Of a stretch of DNA of 34,861 bases, positions 1 through 6,687 are shown in pieces; the first letter of the stretch is position 1; each line of letters opens with the position of its first letter. The notes under the pieces were generated by a model. The model made no database searches. It saw only the letters and a list, made by a program, of their open reading frames with translations, and was not told the origin of the DNA. The position numbers and the translations under genes were made by a program. Source of the DNA: Candidatus Tagabacteria bacterium CG09_land_8_20_14_0_10_41_14 (lineage in GTDB: Bacteria > Patescibacteriota > Minisyncoccia > JAHISW01 > Tagabacteraceae); contig PEZL01000005.1 in NCBI GenBank assembly GCA_002774055.1, positions 1,101 to 35,961 on the forward strand, read 5' to 3'.

Positions 1-289
1 TTATATCTCCATTCACATCCAACTTCGCCCCCGGCGCCGTCGTCCCGATGCCGATGCTGCCGTCAACGATGAGATTGCTGTAGCCGCGCAGGACGCCCTC
101 GACGCCCAAAGCGCCTGATTTATATTGCGTAGACGAAGCAGCATTAATCGGAGCCGAGACGTTGCCGCCGGGCGGGTCCTGGGTAGGCCCTGTCCAATCC
201 AAAGCATAAGCATAAAAAGCCATCGCAAAACAGACAACTAAAACACTAAAAGTTAAAGAAACTATTTTGGGTGATATTTGTTTGTTCAT
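1..289 (-). CDS. Secreted or membrane-anchored Gly-rich repeat protein, N-terminal part (gene runs off the left edge)
   Basis: Absent from the ORF track because it has no stop in the window. ATG at 287..289 (minus) opens a stop-free frame down to base 2: MNKQISPKIVSLTFSVLVVCFAMAFYAYALDWTGPTQDPPGGNVSAPINAASSTQYKSGALGVEGVLRGYSNLIVDGSIGIGTTAPGAKLDVNGDI. It has a hydrophobic signal/anchor followed by tail-fibre-like 'IGIGTTxPxxKLDVxG' sequence. It replaces track ORF 13..237, which is in another frame. Confidence 0.6.
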   Translation of the reverse strand, partial: MNKQISPKIVSLTFSVLVVCFAMAFYAYALDWTGPTQDPPGGNVSAPINAASSTQYKSGALGVEGVLRGYSNLIVDGSIGIGTTAPGAKLDVNGDI

Positions 290-342
290 TTTTTGAAACA
301 TATCTTTTTTATATTACTTATAAATAAATTTATTTTTATTAC

Positions 343-720
343 TTATTGAGATTGAGAACGCAGATTGTCCAATTCTTCTATTTGTTGAGCGGTTATTTCT
401 TCTTGAGAAAGAGGTTGAGAATAGTTTTCTTGACTTTCTTGACTTTCTTGACTTTCTTGATTCTCTTGGCGCAGAATGTTCAATTCTTCTATTTGTTTGT
501 CAGGCGTTTCCTGACTAATCGGCTGGACATCCTCTTTCTGGCGAATCCGGTCTATCTCCTGAAGTTGTTCCTGAATCAATAATTCTTGTTCACTTATTCC
601 CCCGGTTTCCGGAATCTGCTCTCCAGGCTCTTTGATGAACAGAAAATAAACAATCACCGCGGCGATTAAAAAGGCCAAAGAAATAATAATAATAGTAATC
701 GCGGTTTTTCTGTCTTTCAT
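343..720 (-). CDS. Hypothetical single-pass membrane protein with an acidic Q/E/S-rich tail
   Basis: Track ORF 343..756 starts at TTG. The in-frame ATG at 720 gives MKDRKTAITIIIISLAFLIAAVIVYF (one TM helix), then a QE-rich low-complexity tail. The QESQESQESQE stretch is encoded by the 9-nt tandem repeat at 427..462. Confidence 0.5.
   Translation of the reverse strand: MKDRKTAITIIIISLAFLIAAVIVYFLFIKEPGEQIPETGGISEQELLIQEQLQEIDRIRQKEDVQPISQETPDKQIEELNILRQENQESQESQESQENYSQPLSQEEITAQQIEELDNLRSQSQ
427..462. repeat. Tandem 9-nt repeat TTCTTGACT x3 plus one degenerate unit, in frame within the CDS
   Basis: Direct reading: ttcttgact ttcttgact ttcttgact ttcttgatt. Confidence 0.9.
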
Positions 721-775
721 TAGTGCTATTTTATCAAACAAGCTGGTTCTTGGCAAAAAAAGTTATCCACATAGA

Positions 776-850
776 GGTGCGCGATGCTGGATTTGAACCA
801 GCGGCCCCTTGCGTGTCGAGCAAGTACTCTAACCCCTGAGCTAATCGCGC
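776..850 (-). tRNA. tRNA-Val (anticodon GAC)
   Basis: The reverse complement reads GCGCGAT-TA-GCTC-AGGGGTTA-GAGT-A-CTTGC-TCGACAC-GCAAG-GGGCC-GCTGG-TTCAAAT-CCAGC-ATCGCGC-A-CC. The 7-bp acceptor, D, anticodon and T arms all pair. The anticodon loop UCGACAC gives GAC at positions 34-36, with C rather than U at position 33. The 3' CCA is only partly encoded. Confidence 0.75.
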
Positions 851-885
851 TTTAATTATCTTATTATACCTTTATACTATATGTA

Positions 886-2559
886 ATGGCAAAATGGCAA
901 ACAAGAGAACAAGTTTCGGACGATATTGAAACCCAGCTTTTGGCTAGCCGCGGTATAGATGACAAGGACAAGTTTTTCAGCCCCGATTACGAGAAAGATT
1001 TGCGCGACCCTTTCGGCCTTTTAGGAATGGATAAGGCGGTGGATAGAATTTTGTCCGCCATCAAGAAGAGAGAAAAGATAGCCGTTTTCGGAGATTATGA
1101 CGCGGACGGAGTTTGCGCCAGCGCAATTTTTCATGATTTTTTTAAAAAAATTGGGTTTGAAAATTTTGCTGTCCATATACCCGACAGGAACATAGAGGGT
1201 TATGGCCTGAATTTTGAAGCAATTGAACAATTTGAAAAAGAGCAAGTTGATTTGATAATTACAGTTGATTGCGGGATAGCAGATTACGATGAAATTAGAA
1301 AGGCAAATGAAAATGGAATTGATACCGTTGTTTTGGACCATCATCTTCAACCAGAGAAGATTCCTCAGGCGATAGCCATTGTAGATCCAAAGCAAGAAAA
1401 GGACGATTATCCTTTTGAAATGCTTGCCGGCGCCGGCGTGGCTTTTAAGACGATTCAGGCGCTTGTAGACAAGGGTGGATTTGCGGTTACGCCTGGCTGG
1501 GAAAAGTGGCTTTTGGATTTAGTTGCCATTGCCACGGTTGCCGATATGATGCCGCTTGAGGATGAAAATCGCGTCCTGGTTTTTTATGGCCTTCAGGTTT
1601 TGAAGAAAACCCGGCGTCCCGGCCTTTTGAAACTGTTCGAGAAAACAAAAATTCAGCAACAATATATCACTGAAGATGATATTGCTTTTTTGATTGCTCC
1701 TCGTATAAATATTGCCGGCAGGATGGACCATGCAAATGCGAGTTACGCCCTTTTGACCACCGAATCTGTTAGCGAAGCGGAATGGATTGCGGAACATTTG
1801 GATTCGCTTAATGTAGAAAGGAAAGAAACCGTCGCAAAAATTTTGGATGAAATTGATAAAAGGGCGAAGGATTATAAAAAGAAGCCGGAGATAATTGTGG
1901 AGGGAGATTTGTCCTGGCCTGTCGGTGTTTTGGGCCTTACTGCCAATAAAGTTATGGAGAAATATGAATGTCCGGTTTTTTTGTGGGGCGCGGCTGCTGC
2001 GGAAAAAATAAAAGGTTCTTGCAGAAGCAACGGCATGATTAATCTTGTTGATTTGATGAGGCAATTACCGGACGGTTTTCTGAAAGAATTTGGCGGGCAT
2101 GCGGCTGCCGCCGGTTTTTCTCTTGAAGTAGATAAAATAAGTGATTTTAAAGAAGGGGTCGTAAAACTTTTTGGAAAAATTGAAAAAAAAGAAACCGAAG
2201 CTCTTCTTTGGATTGATAAAGAAATTAAGTTGGAGGAGATAGATTGGGATTTTTTGCAAATAGTGGAAAAATTCAGGCCGTTTGGCATGGGTAATTCGCG
2301 TCCCTATTTTCTTTTTAAAAATCTGGAGGTGTCCATGGTTAATAAATTTGGAAATGGCGGCATTCATTTGCGTTTGGATTTTTCCACCCGAGACGGATTG
2401 ATTTCCGCAATTGGTTTTTTTATGTCCAACGGGCATTGGGATATAAAAAGCGGAGATAAGATAGATTTGGCGGCTTCGATAGAAAGAAATTATTTCAACG
2501 GTTATGATGAATTAAGGTTGAGGATTATAGATATTCGCAATTTGCCTGCCTGCCGGTAG
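886..2559 (+). CDS. recJ: Single-stranded-DNA-specific exonuclease RecJ (DHH/DHHA1 family)
   Basis: 557-aa ORF with the DHH-family motifs VFGDYDADGV, ITVDCG, VVLDHH and GGHAAAAG, colinear with bacterial RecJ. The last codons (NLPACR*) are encoded by a GC-rich palindrome. Confidence 0.9.
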   Translation: MAKWQTREQVSDDIETQLLASRGIDDKDKFFSPDYEKDLRDPFGLLGMDKAVDRILSAIKKREKIAVFGDYDADGVCASAIFHDFFKKIGFENFAVHIPDRNIEGYGLNFEAIEQFEKEQVDLIITVDCGIADYDEIRKANENGIDTVVLDHHLQPEKIPQAIAIVDPKQEKDDYPFEMLAGAGVAFKTIQALVDKGGFAVTPGWEKWLLDLVAIATVADMMPLEDENRVLVFYGLQVLKKTRRPGLLKLFEKTKIQQQYITEDDIAFLIAPRINIAGRMDHANASYALLTTESVSEAEWIAEHLDSLNVERKETVAKILDEIDKRAKDYKKKPEIIVEGDLSWPVGVLGLTANKVMEKYECPVFLWGAAAAEKIKGSCRSNGMINLVDLMRQLPDGFLKEFGGHAAAAGFSLEVDKISDFKEGVVKLFGKIEKKETEALLWIDKEIKLEEIDWDFLQIVEKFRPFGMGNSRPYFLFKNLEVSMVNKFGNGGIHLRLDFSTRDGLISAIGFFMSNGHWDIKSGDKIDLAASIERNYFNGYDELRLRIIDIRNLPACR

Positions 2560-2564
2560 GCAGG
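2545..2564. repeat. 20-nt near-perfect GC-rich palindrome CCTGCCTGCCGGTAGGCAGG, covering the recJ stop codon
   Basis: Direct reading. Arms CCTGCC (2545..2550) and GGCAGG (2559..2564). The same arm sequences recur inside argS at 22625..22641. Confidence 0.85.
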
Positions 2565-2571
2565 TAGATTA

Positions 2572-2599
2572 GCATAAAATTCGCATATTGGCATCATGG
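2572..2599 (+). repeat. 28-nt exact repeat GCATAAAATTCGCATATTGGCATCATGG (copy 1), containing the rnhA start codon
   Basis: Identical to 16596..16623. Both copies end in ...TCATGG, where ATG is the start codon of the downstream gene (rnhA here, rplT there). Confidence 0.95.
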
Positions 2600-3042
2600 G
2601 GAAGATTATTATTTATACGGATGGAAGCAGCAGGGGGAATCCCGGACCGGCCGGCGCGGGAGTTGTGATCTGTGATGAAGATGGCCGGCTGATTAAAAAA
2701 TATTCAAAAAAAATTGGTGTTCGCACCAACAATGAGGCCGAATACGAGGCGGTGATTCTAGCGCTCCAAAAAGCCAAGCAAATTTTTGGAAAGGAAAAAG
2801 TGAAAAATTTTGCTTTTGAGATTCGCATGGACAGCGAATTGGTCTGCCGTCAGCTGGGTGGTAGGTATAAAATAAAAGAGGAGAAACTGGTTCCCCTCTT
2901 TATAAAAATTTGGAATATGAAAATGGATTTTGGAAAAATTGATTTTGCGGAAATTCCGCGCGAAAAAAATAAAGAAGCCGATAAACTGGCAAATGAAGTT
3001 TTAGATAAAGGAGAACAACAGGCGGGATTATTTTGTTTTTAA
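2596..3042 (+). CDS. rnhA: Ribonuclease H (RNase HI-type)
   Basis: 148 aa with DEDD-type blocks IYTDGSSRGNPGPAGAGVV, NNEAEYEAVILAL, MDSELV and NKEADKLAN. Confidence 0.85.
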   Translation: MGKIIIYTDGSSRGNPGPAGAGVVICDEDGRLIKKYSKKIGVRTNNEAEYEAVILALQKAKQIFGKEKVKNFAFEIRMDSELVCRQLGGRYKIKEEKLVPLFIKIWNMKMDFGKIDFAEIPREKNKEADKLANEVLDKGEQQAGLFCF

Positions 3043-3732
3043 CAATTCACCGAGTAGATTTTCCACTCGTTGATAATTTTTTAAGGCTCGTTTTAAATAC
3101 TCTAAAATTTTGGGGTCAATTCCAATTTCACCGGAGTTTAGTTTTTCAAAAGCTCTTTTTGCGAAGCCGCCGGCGCTCATTAAGGGATTCCTGATTTCGT
3201 CCGCCAAACTCATCCTTTCTGAAATGATTGTTTTTAATCGCTCGTTTTTTTCTATTATTCGGCCGTGCTGGATACTGGCTATGGCCAGATGGCTGATGGC
3301 CTGCGCAATCAGAATGTCATCCGGATTAAATTCTTTTTTTTCTCCCTTGGCGCCAAAAACCATAACGCCTAAAAATTCTTCGGTTTGCAGGCGGATGTAT
3401 AAAACTTGTTCAACATCTTCTTCCGGCCCTCCTTTCCGCACAAAGACAGCGTTCTGGAATATTGCTTTGTATAAATTAGGATGCGCTGTAAGGGTCAGAT
3501 TAATGCGATGTCCTTTAGGTCGCGCTTTCTGTTCAAAAGCGCATTCTATTACCAGCTCTTCGCTGTTTTTAGGGTTGGCCAGCAGAATGCATCCTTGCTG
3601 TACATCAAGAACTTCGGCCGTCTTTTCTAATAATTTTTCCAGAGTTTTTTGATATGACTCGGTCAGGGTTATTGCTTCAATCAATTCTAAAAAACTTAGT
3701 ATTTGTTCGCGGTCAAATTTCTTTTTAGCCAT
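3028..3732 (-). CDS. GAF-domain protein with a degenerate HisKA (DHp)-like helix and no kinase ATPase domain
   Basis: 234 aa. A GAF-like N-terminal two-thirds is followed by ERMSLADEIRNPLMSAGGF, an H-box-like segment with Asp where the phospho-accepting His normally sits. Nothing resembling an HATPase domain follows. Converges on rnhA with a 15-nt overlap. Confidence 0.55.
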   Translation of the reverse strand: MAKKKFDREQILSFLELIEAITLTESYQKTLEKLLEKTAEVLDVQQGCILLANPKNSEELVIECAFEQKARPKGHRINLTLTAHPNLYKAIFQNAVFVRKGGPEEDVEQVLYIRLQTEEFLGVMVFGAKGEKKEFNPDDILIAQAISHLAIASIQHGRIIEKNERLKTIISERMSLADEIRNPLMSAGGFAKRAFEKLNSGEIGIDPKILEYLKRALKNYQRVENLLGELLKTK

Positions 3733-3761
3733 TTTTTATTGTTTCCTTTCAATGAACTAAC

Positions 3762-3790
3762 TTGCTCTAATGAAAAATAAATCATATTTT
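3762..3790 (+). promoter_or_regulatory. Candidate sigma70-type promoter for comEC (TTGCTC-17-TATTTT), ending 7 nt before the ATG
   Basis: -35 at 3762..3767, a 17-nt spacer, -10 at 3785..3790, ATG at 3798. This implies a leaderless or near-leaderless mRNA. Confidence 0.4.
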
Positions 3791-3797
3791 TAGGCTA

Positions 3798-5219
3798 ATG
3801 GCAAGGAAGTTTTTGTTTTTTATAATATTTTTCGCGGTCGGCATCTTTACCGGTTCTTTCTTTGATTTATCCGTTTATTTCGGCCTGTTATTCGTTTTTC
3901 TCGCTTTAACTCTCAAATTATTGAAGTTGAACTTCAATAACTTGGTATTTTTTGTGGGTATGTTGGCGTTTGGGCTGGGATTTTCATGGTATGCTTATGA
4001 AGTTATCCCGCCGGATTTGTCTGATTTTCAGATTGGCAGGCAGGTTTTACTGGAGGGCGTTGTTGCTGATGAAGCGGATGAAAGAGAAAATTACACGCGT
4101 TTGGTTTTGGAAGTCGGGAGCGGCGCCAAAATTTTAATTTATACCGGTCATTATCCGAAGTTTAATTACGGAGATAAATTAAAAATTTCCGGCGAATTGC
4201 GAAAACCGGAAAAAATAGATGATTTTGACTGGCCGGCTTATTTGGCAAAAGACGATGTTTACCTTGAAATGTTTTATCCGGATATTGAATTGATTTCCGT
4301 CGGTAACGCTTCCCGGATTAAGCGCTATCTGTTTTCTTTGAAGGCAGACCTTCTTTCAAATGTCTCGCGCGTCATTCCCGAACCCCACGCGTCGTTTTTG
4401 GGCGGGCTTACTTTTGGCGCCAAGCAGAGTATGCCGAAAGGTTTGCAGGACGATTTTCGCAAAACCGGAATTATTCATATTGTGGTGCTTTCCGGGTACA
4501 ACGTAACAATTGTGGCGGATGCCATTATGCGTGTTTTTTCTTTTCTGCCTTCTTTTTTTGGCATCGGACTTGGAGCGCTGGGTATCGCCGCTTTTGCCGT
4601 AATGGCCGGCGCGTCGGCCACGGTGGTTCGCGCTTCTATTATGGCGGTTTTCGTTTTACTGGCTCGGGCTACCGGCAGGATTTACGAAATCACCATAGCG
4701 CTTTTCGCCGCCGGCTTTTTAATGATTTTGCACAATCCGAAAATTCTTCGGTTTGATTCTTCTTTTCAGTTGTCTTTTTTGGCGACAATGGCTTTGATTT
4801 GGGTGGCGCCTATTGTGGAACCAAAATTGAAATTTTTTCCAAAAAAATTTCATATTCGCGAGTTTGCCACAGCCACTATTTCCACCCAGATTTTTGTATT
4901 GCCCCTTCTTTTATATAAGATGGGCTTGTTTTCCGCGGTGAGCGTGCCGGTTAATCTTTTGATTTTAATTTTTGTGCCGGCCACCATGCTTTTCGGGTTT
5001 TTGACGGCCGCAGCCGGTTTTGTCTGGTATTATTTAAGTTTGCCTTTTGGCTGGATAACTTACGTCTTACTGCATTACGAGTTAAAAGTTGTTGAAGTGT
5101 TTGCTTCTTTGCCTTTCGCGTCTTTCGCGATTGATAATTTTCCATTGTGGGTTATGTTGTCGGTGTATGCCGGTTATGCTATTTTAATCTTTTATGGTAA
5201 AGATAAAAAAATATTTTAG
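3798..5219 (+). CDS. comEC: ComEC/Rec2 DNA-uptake channel protein (membrane part only)
   Basis: 473-aa multi-pass membrane ORF. The N-terminal OB-like region is followed by the competence-domain signature GLTFGAKQSMPKGLQDDFRKTGIIHIVVLSGYNV. It lacks the C-terminal MBL domain, which is encoded by the next ORF. Confidence 0.85.
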   Translation: MARKFLFFIIFFAVGIFTGSFFDLSVYFGLLFVFLALTLKLLKLNFNNLVFFVGMLAFGLGFSWYAYEVIPPDLSDFQIGRQVLLEGVVADEADERENYTRLVLEVGSGAKILIYTGHYPKFNYGDKLKISGELRKPEKIDDFDWPAYLAKDDVYLEMFYPDIELISVGNASRIKRYLFSLKADLLSNVSRVIPEPHASFLGGLTFGAKQSMPKGLQDDFRKTGIIHIVVLSGYNVTIVADAIMRVFSFLPSFFGIGLGALGIAAFAVMAGASATVVRASIMAVFVLLARATGRIYEITIALFAAGFLMILHNPKILRFDSSFQLSFLATMALIWVAPIVEPKLKFFPKKFHIREFATATISTQIFVLPLLLYKMGLFSAVSVPVNLLILIFVPATMLFGFLTAAAGFVWYYLSLPFGWITYVLLHYELKVVEVFASLPFASFAIDNFPLWVMLSVYAGYAILIFYGKDKKIF

Positions 5220-6051
5220 GTTTTATTTTATATTGTTTCTCTTTGCTTGCGTTGTTTTGGTCTGGTACGCGGTTTTCGCGGAAGGCCGGAGCGGGCTGGA
5301 AGTTTATTTTCTAGATGTTGGCCAGGGCGACGCGATTTTTGTGCAGGCGGAAAACGGGAATCAGATGCTTATTGATGCCGGGCCGAATAAAAACGTTTTG
5401 CGCCAGTTAGCCGGAGCGATGCCTTTTTACGACAGAACAATTGATGTTGTTTTGGCCACGCATCCGGATTTGGACCACATCGGCGGCCTGCCGGAAGTCT
5501 TTGGCAGATATAAGGTTGATTTGGTAATTGAACCGGGCATGGTTGCGGATTCCGGGGAATATCTCGCTTTTGATAAAGCGGTTGAAGAGGCGGGCGCGAA
5601 AAGAATTTTCGCCAGGCGCGGGATGAAAATAAATTTGTCCGATGAAGTTTATCTGTTGATTTTATTTCCCAACGTTGACGTTTCTTCTTGGTCGGCGAAT
5701 GACGCTTCAATAATCGCGAAACTTGTTTACGGTAACACTTCATTTTTACTGATGGGCGATTCTCCCCAAAAGATTGAAAAATATTTAGTTTCTCTTGATA
5801 AAGAAAATTTAGACGTGGACGTGCTGAAAGTGGGGCACCACGGTTCCAAAACATCAAGCTCGGAAATTTTTGTCGGTTATGCAAGTCCTGAATACGCGAT
5901 AATTTCTGTCGGGGCGGACAATCGTTACGGCCATCCGCATCAAGAGGTGTTGGATATTTTAAATAAATTTGGAGTTCAAATTTTAAGGACGGATGAGAAT
6001 GGGACTGTAAAAATAAAAAGCGACGGCCAAAAGGTATTTGTCAATTTCTGA
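5194..6051 (+). CDS. Membrane-anchored metallo-beta-lactamase-fold hydrolase, equivalent to the ComEC C-terminal domain
   Basis: 285 aa. N-terminal TM helix YFRFYFILFLFACVVLVWYAVFA, then YFLDVGQGDAIFV, ATHPDLDHIGG and VGHHGSKTSS. Overlaps the comEC ORF by 26 nt in the +1 frame. Confidence 0.8.
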   Translation: MVKIKKYFRFYFILFLFACVVLVWYAVFAEGRSGLEVYFLDVGQGDAIFVQAENGNQMLIDAGPNKNVLRQLAGAMPFYDRTIDVVLATHPDLDHIGGLPEVFGRYKVDLVIEPGMVADSGEYLAFDKAVEEAGAKRIFARRGMKINLSDEVYLLILFPNVDVSSWSANDASIIAKLVYGNTSFLLMGDSPQKIEKYLVSLDKENLDVDVLKVGHHGSKTSSSEIFVGYASPEYAIISVGADNRYGHPHQEVLDILNKFGVQILRTDENGTVKIKSDGQKVFVNF

Positions 6052-6075
6052 ATAATTTTATAGAATAAAAGCAAC

Positions 6076-6687
6076 ATGGCTGCGGAAAAATTCAAAAACG
6101 AGAGATCACTGATTGTTATCAAGCCCGATGGAGTGCAGAGGTCTTTAATTGGCGAGATTATAAGACGTTTTGAAAGAATAGGATTGAAGCTCTCCGCGAT
6201 TAAAATGCTTGTGCCGCGCAACGAAATGATTGAGAAACATTACACGGTTGATCCGGAGTGGAGAAGAATCACCGGCGAGAAAGCTATCAAGGGCTATAAA
6301 GAAAAAGGCCAAAAGCCGCCGTCAGAGGATCCGTATGAGATTACAGGTTTGATTCTGGAAAGACTTAAGAAGTATATGAGTTCCGGGCCGGTGGTGGCGA
6401 TGGTTTGGCAAGGCGCTCACGCGGTTAAAATTGTCAGAAAATTGGTGGGCGGCACGGAACCTTTTTCTTCGGATGTCGGCACTATCCGCGGAGATTTTGT
6501 GATGGATTCTTATGAAATGTCGGACGGTGATGAAAGGTGCATCAGAAATTTAGTTCATGCCTCCGGTTCGATTGAAGATGCTGAAAAAGAAATCAGCCTT
6601 TGGTTTGCCAAAGAAGAAGTAATAGATTACCGTCTTATTCCGGAACAGATTTTTTATGACGTTAACCTTGACGGTCTTTTAGAATGA
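6076..6687 (+). CDS. ndk: Nucleoside-diphosphate kinase (long form)
   Basis: ERSLIVIKPDGVQRSLIGEIIRRFERIGLKL, GTIRGDF and NLVHASGS (catalytic His). 203 aa, with an internal extra segment compared with typical Ndk. Confidence 0.85.
   Translation: MAAEKFKNERSLIVIKPDGVQRSLIGEIIRRFERIGLKLSAIKMLVPRNEMIEKHYTVDPEWRRITGEKAIKGYKEKGQKPPSEDPYEITGLILERLKKYMSSGPVVAMVWQGAHAVKIVRKLVGGTEPFSSDVGTIRGDFVMDSYEMSDGDERCIRNLVHASGSIEDAEKEISLWFAKEEVIDYRLIPEQIFYDVNLDGLLE

Noticed and set aside
13-237. Track ORF of 74 aa on the minus strand (TTG start, Arg/Leu-rich)
   Set aside because: A different minus-strand frame is open from the ATG at 289 to the window edge. That frame encodes a sensible signal peptide plus Gly-rich repeat sequence. 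The 74-aa frame has no protein-like features.
1021-2436. Several 120-180 aa ORFs antisense to recJ. Similar antisense ORFs lie over other genes, e.g. 3110..3652, 5369..5884, 9785..10198, 12706..13092, 15913..16422, 20021..20863, 21904..22554, 28471..28896 and 31264..31590.
   Set aside because: Each lies entirely within, and opposite to, an ORF with strong family motifs. Their sequences are low-complexity, Lys/Phe/Ile/Ser-rich shadows typical of AT-rich genomes.
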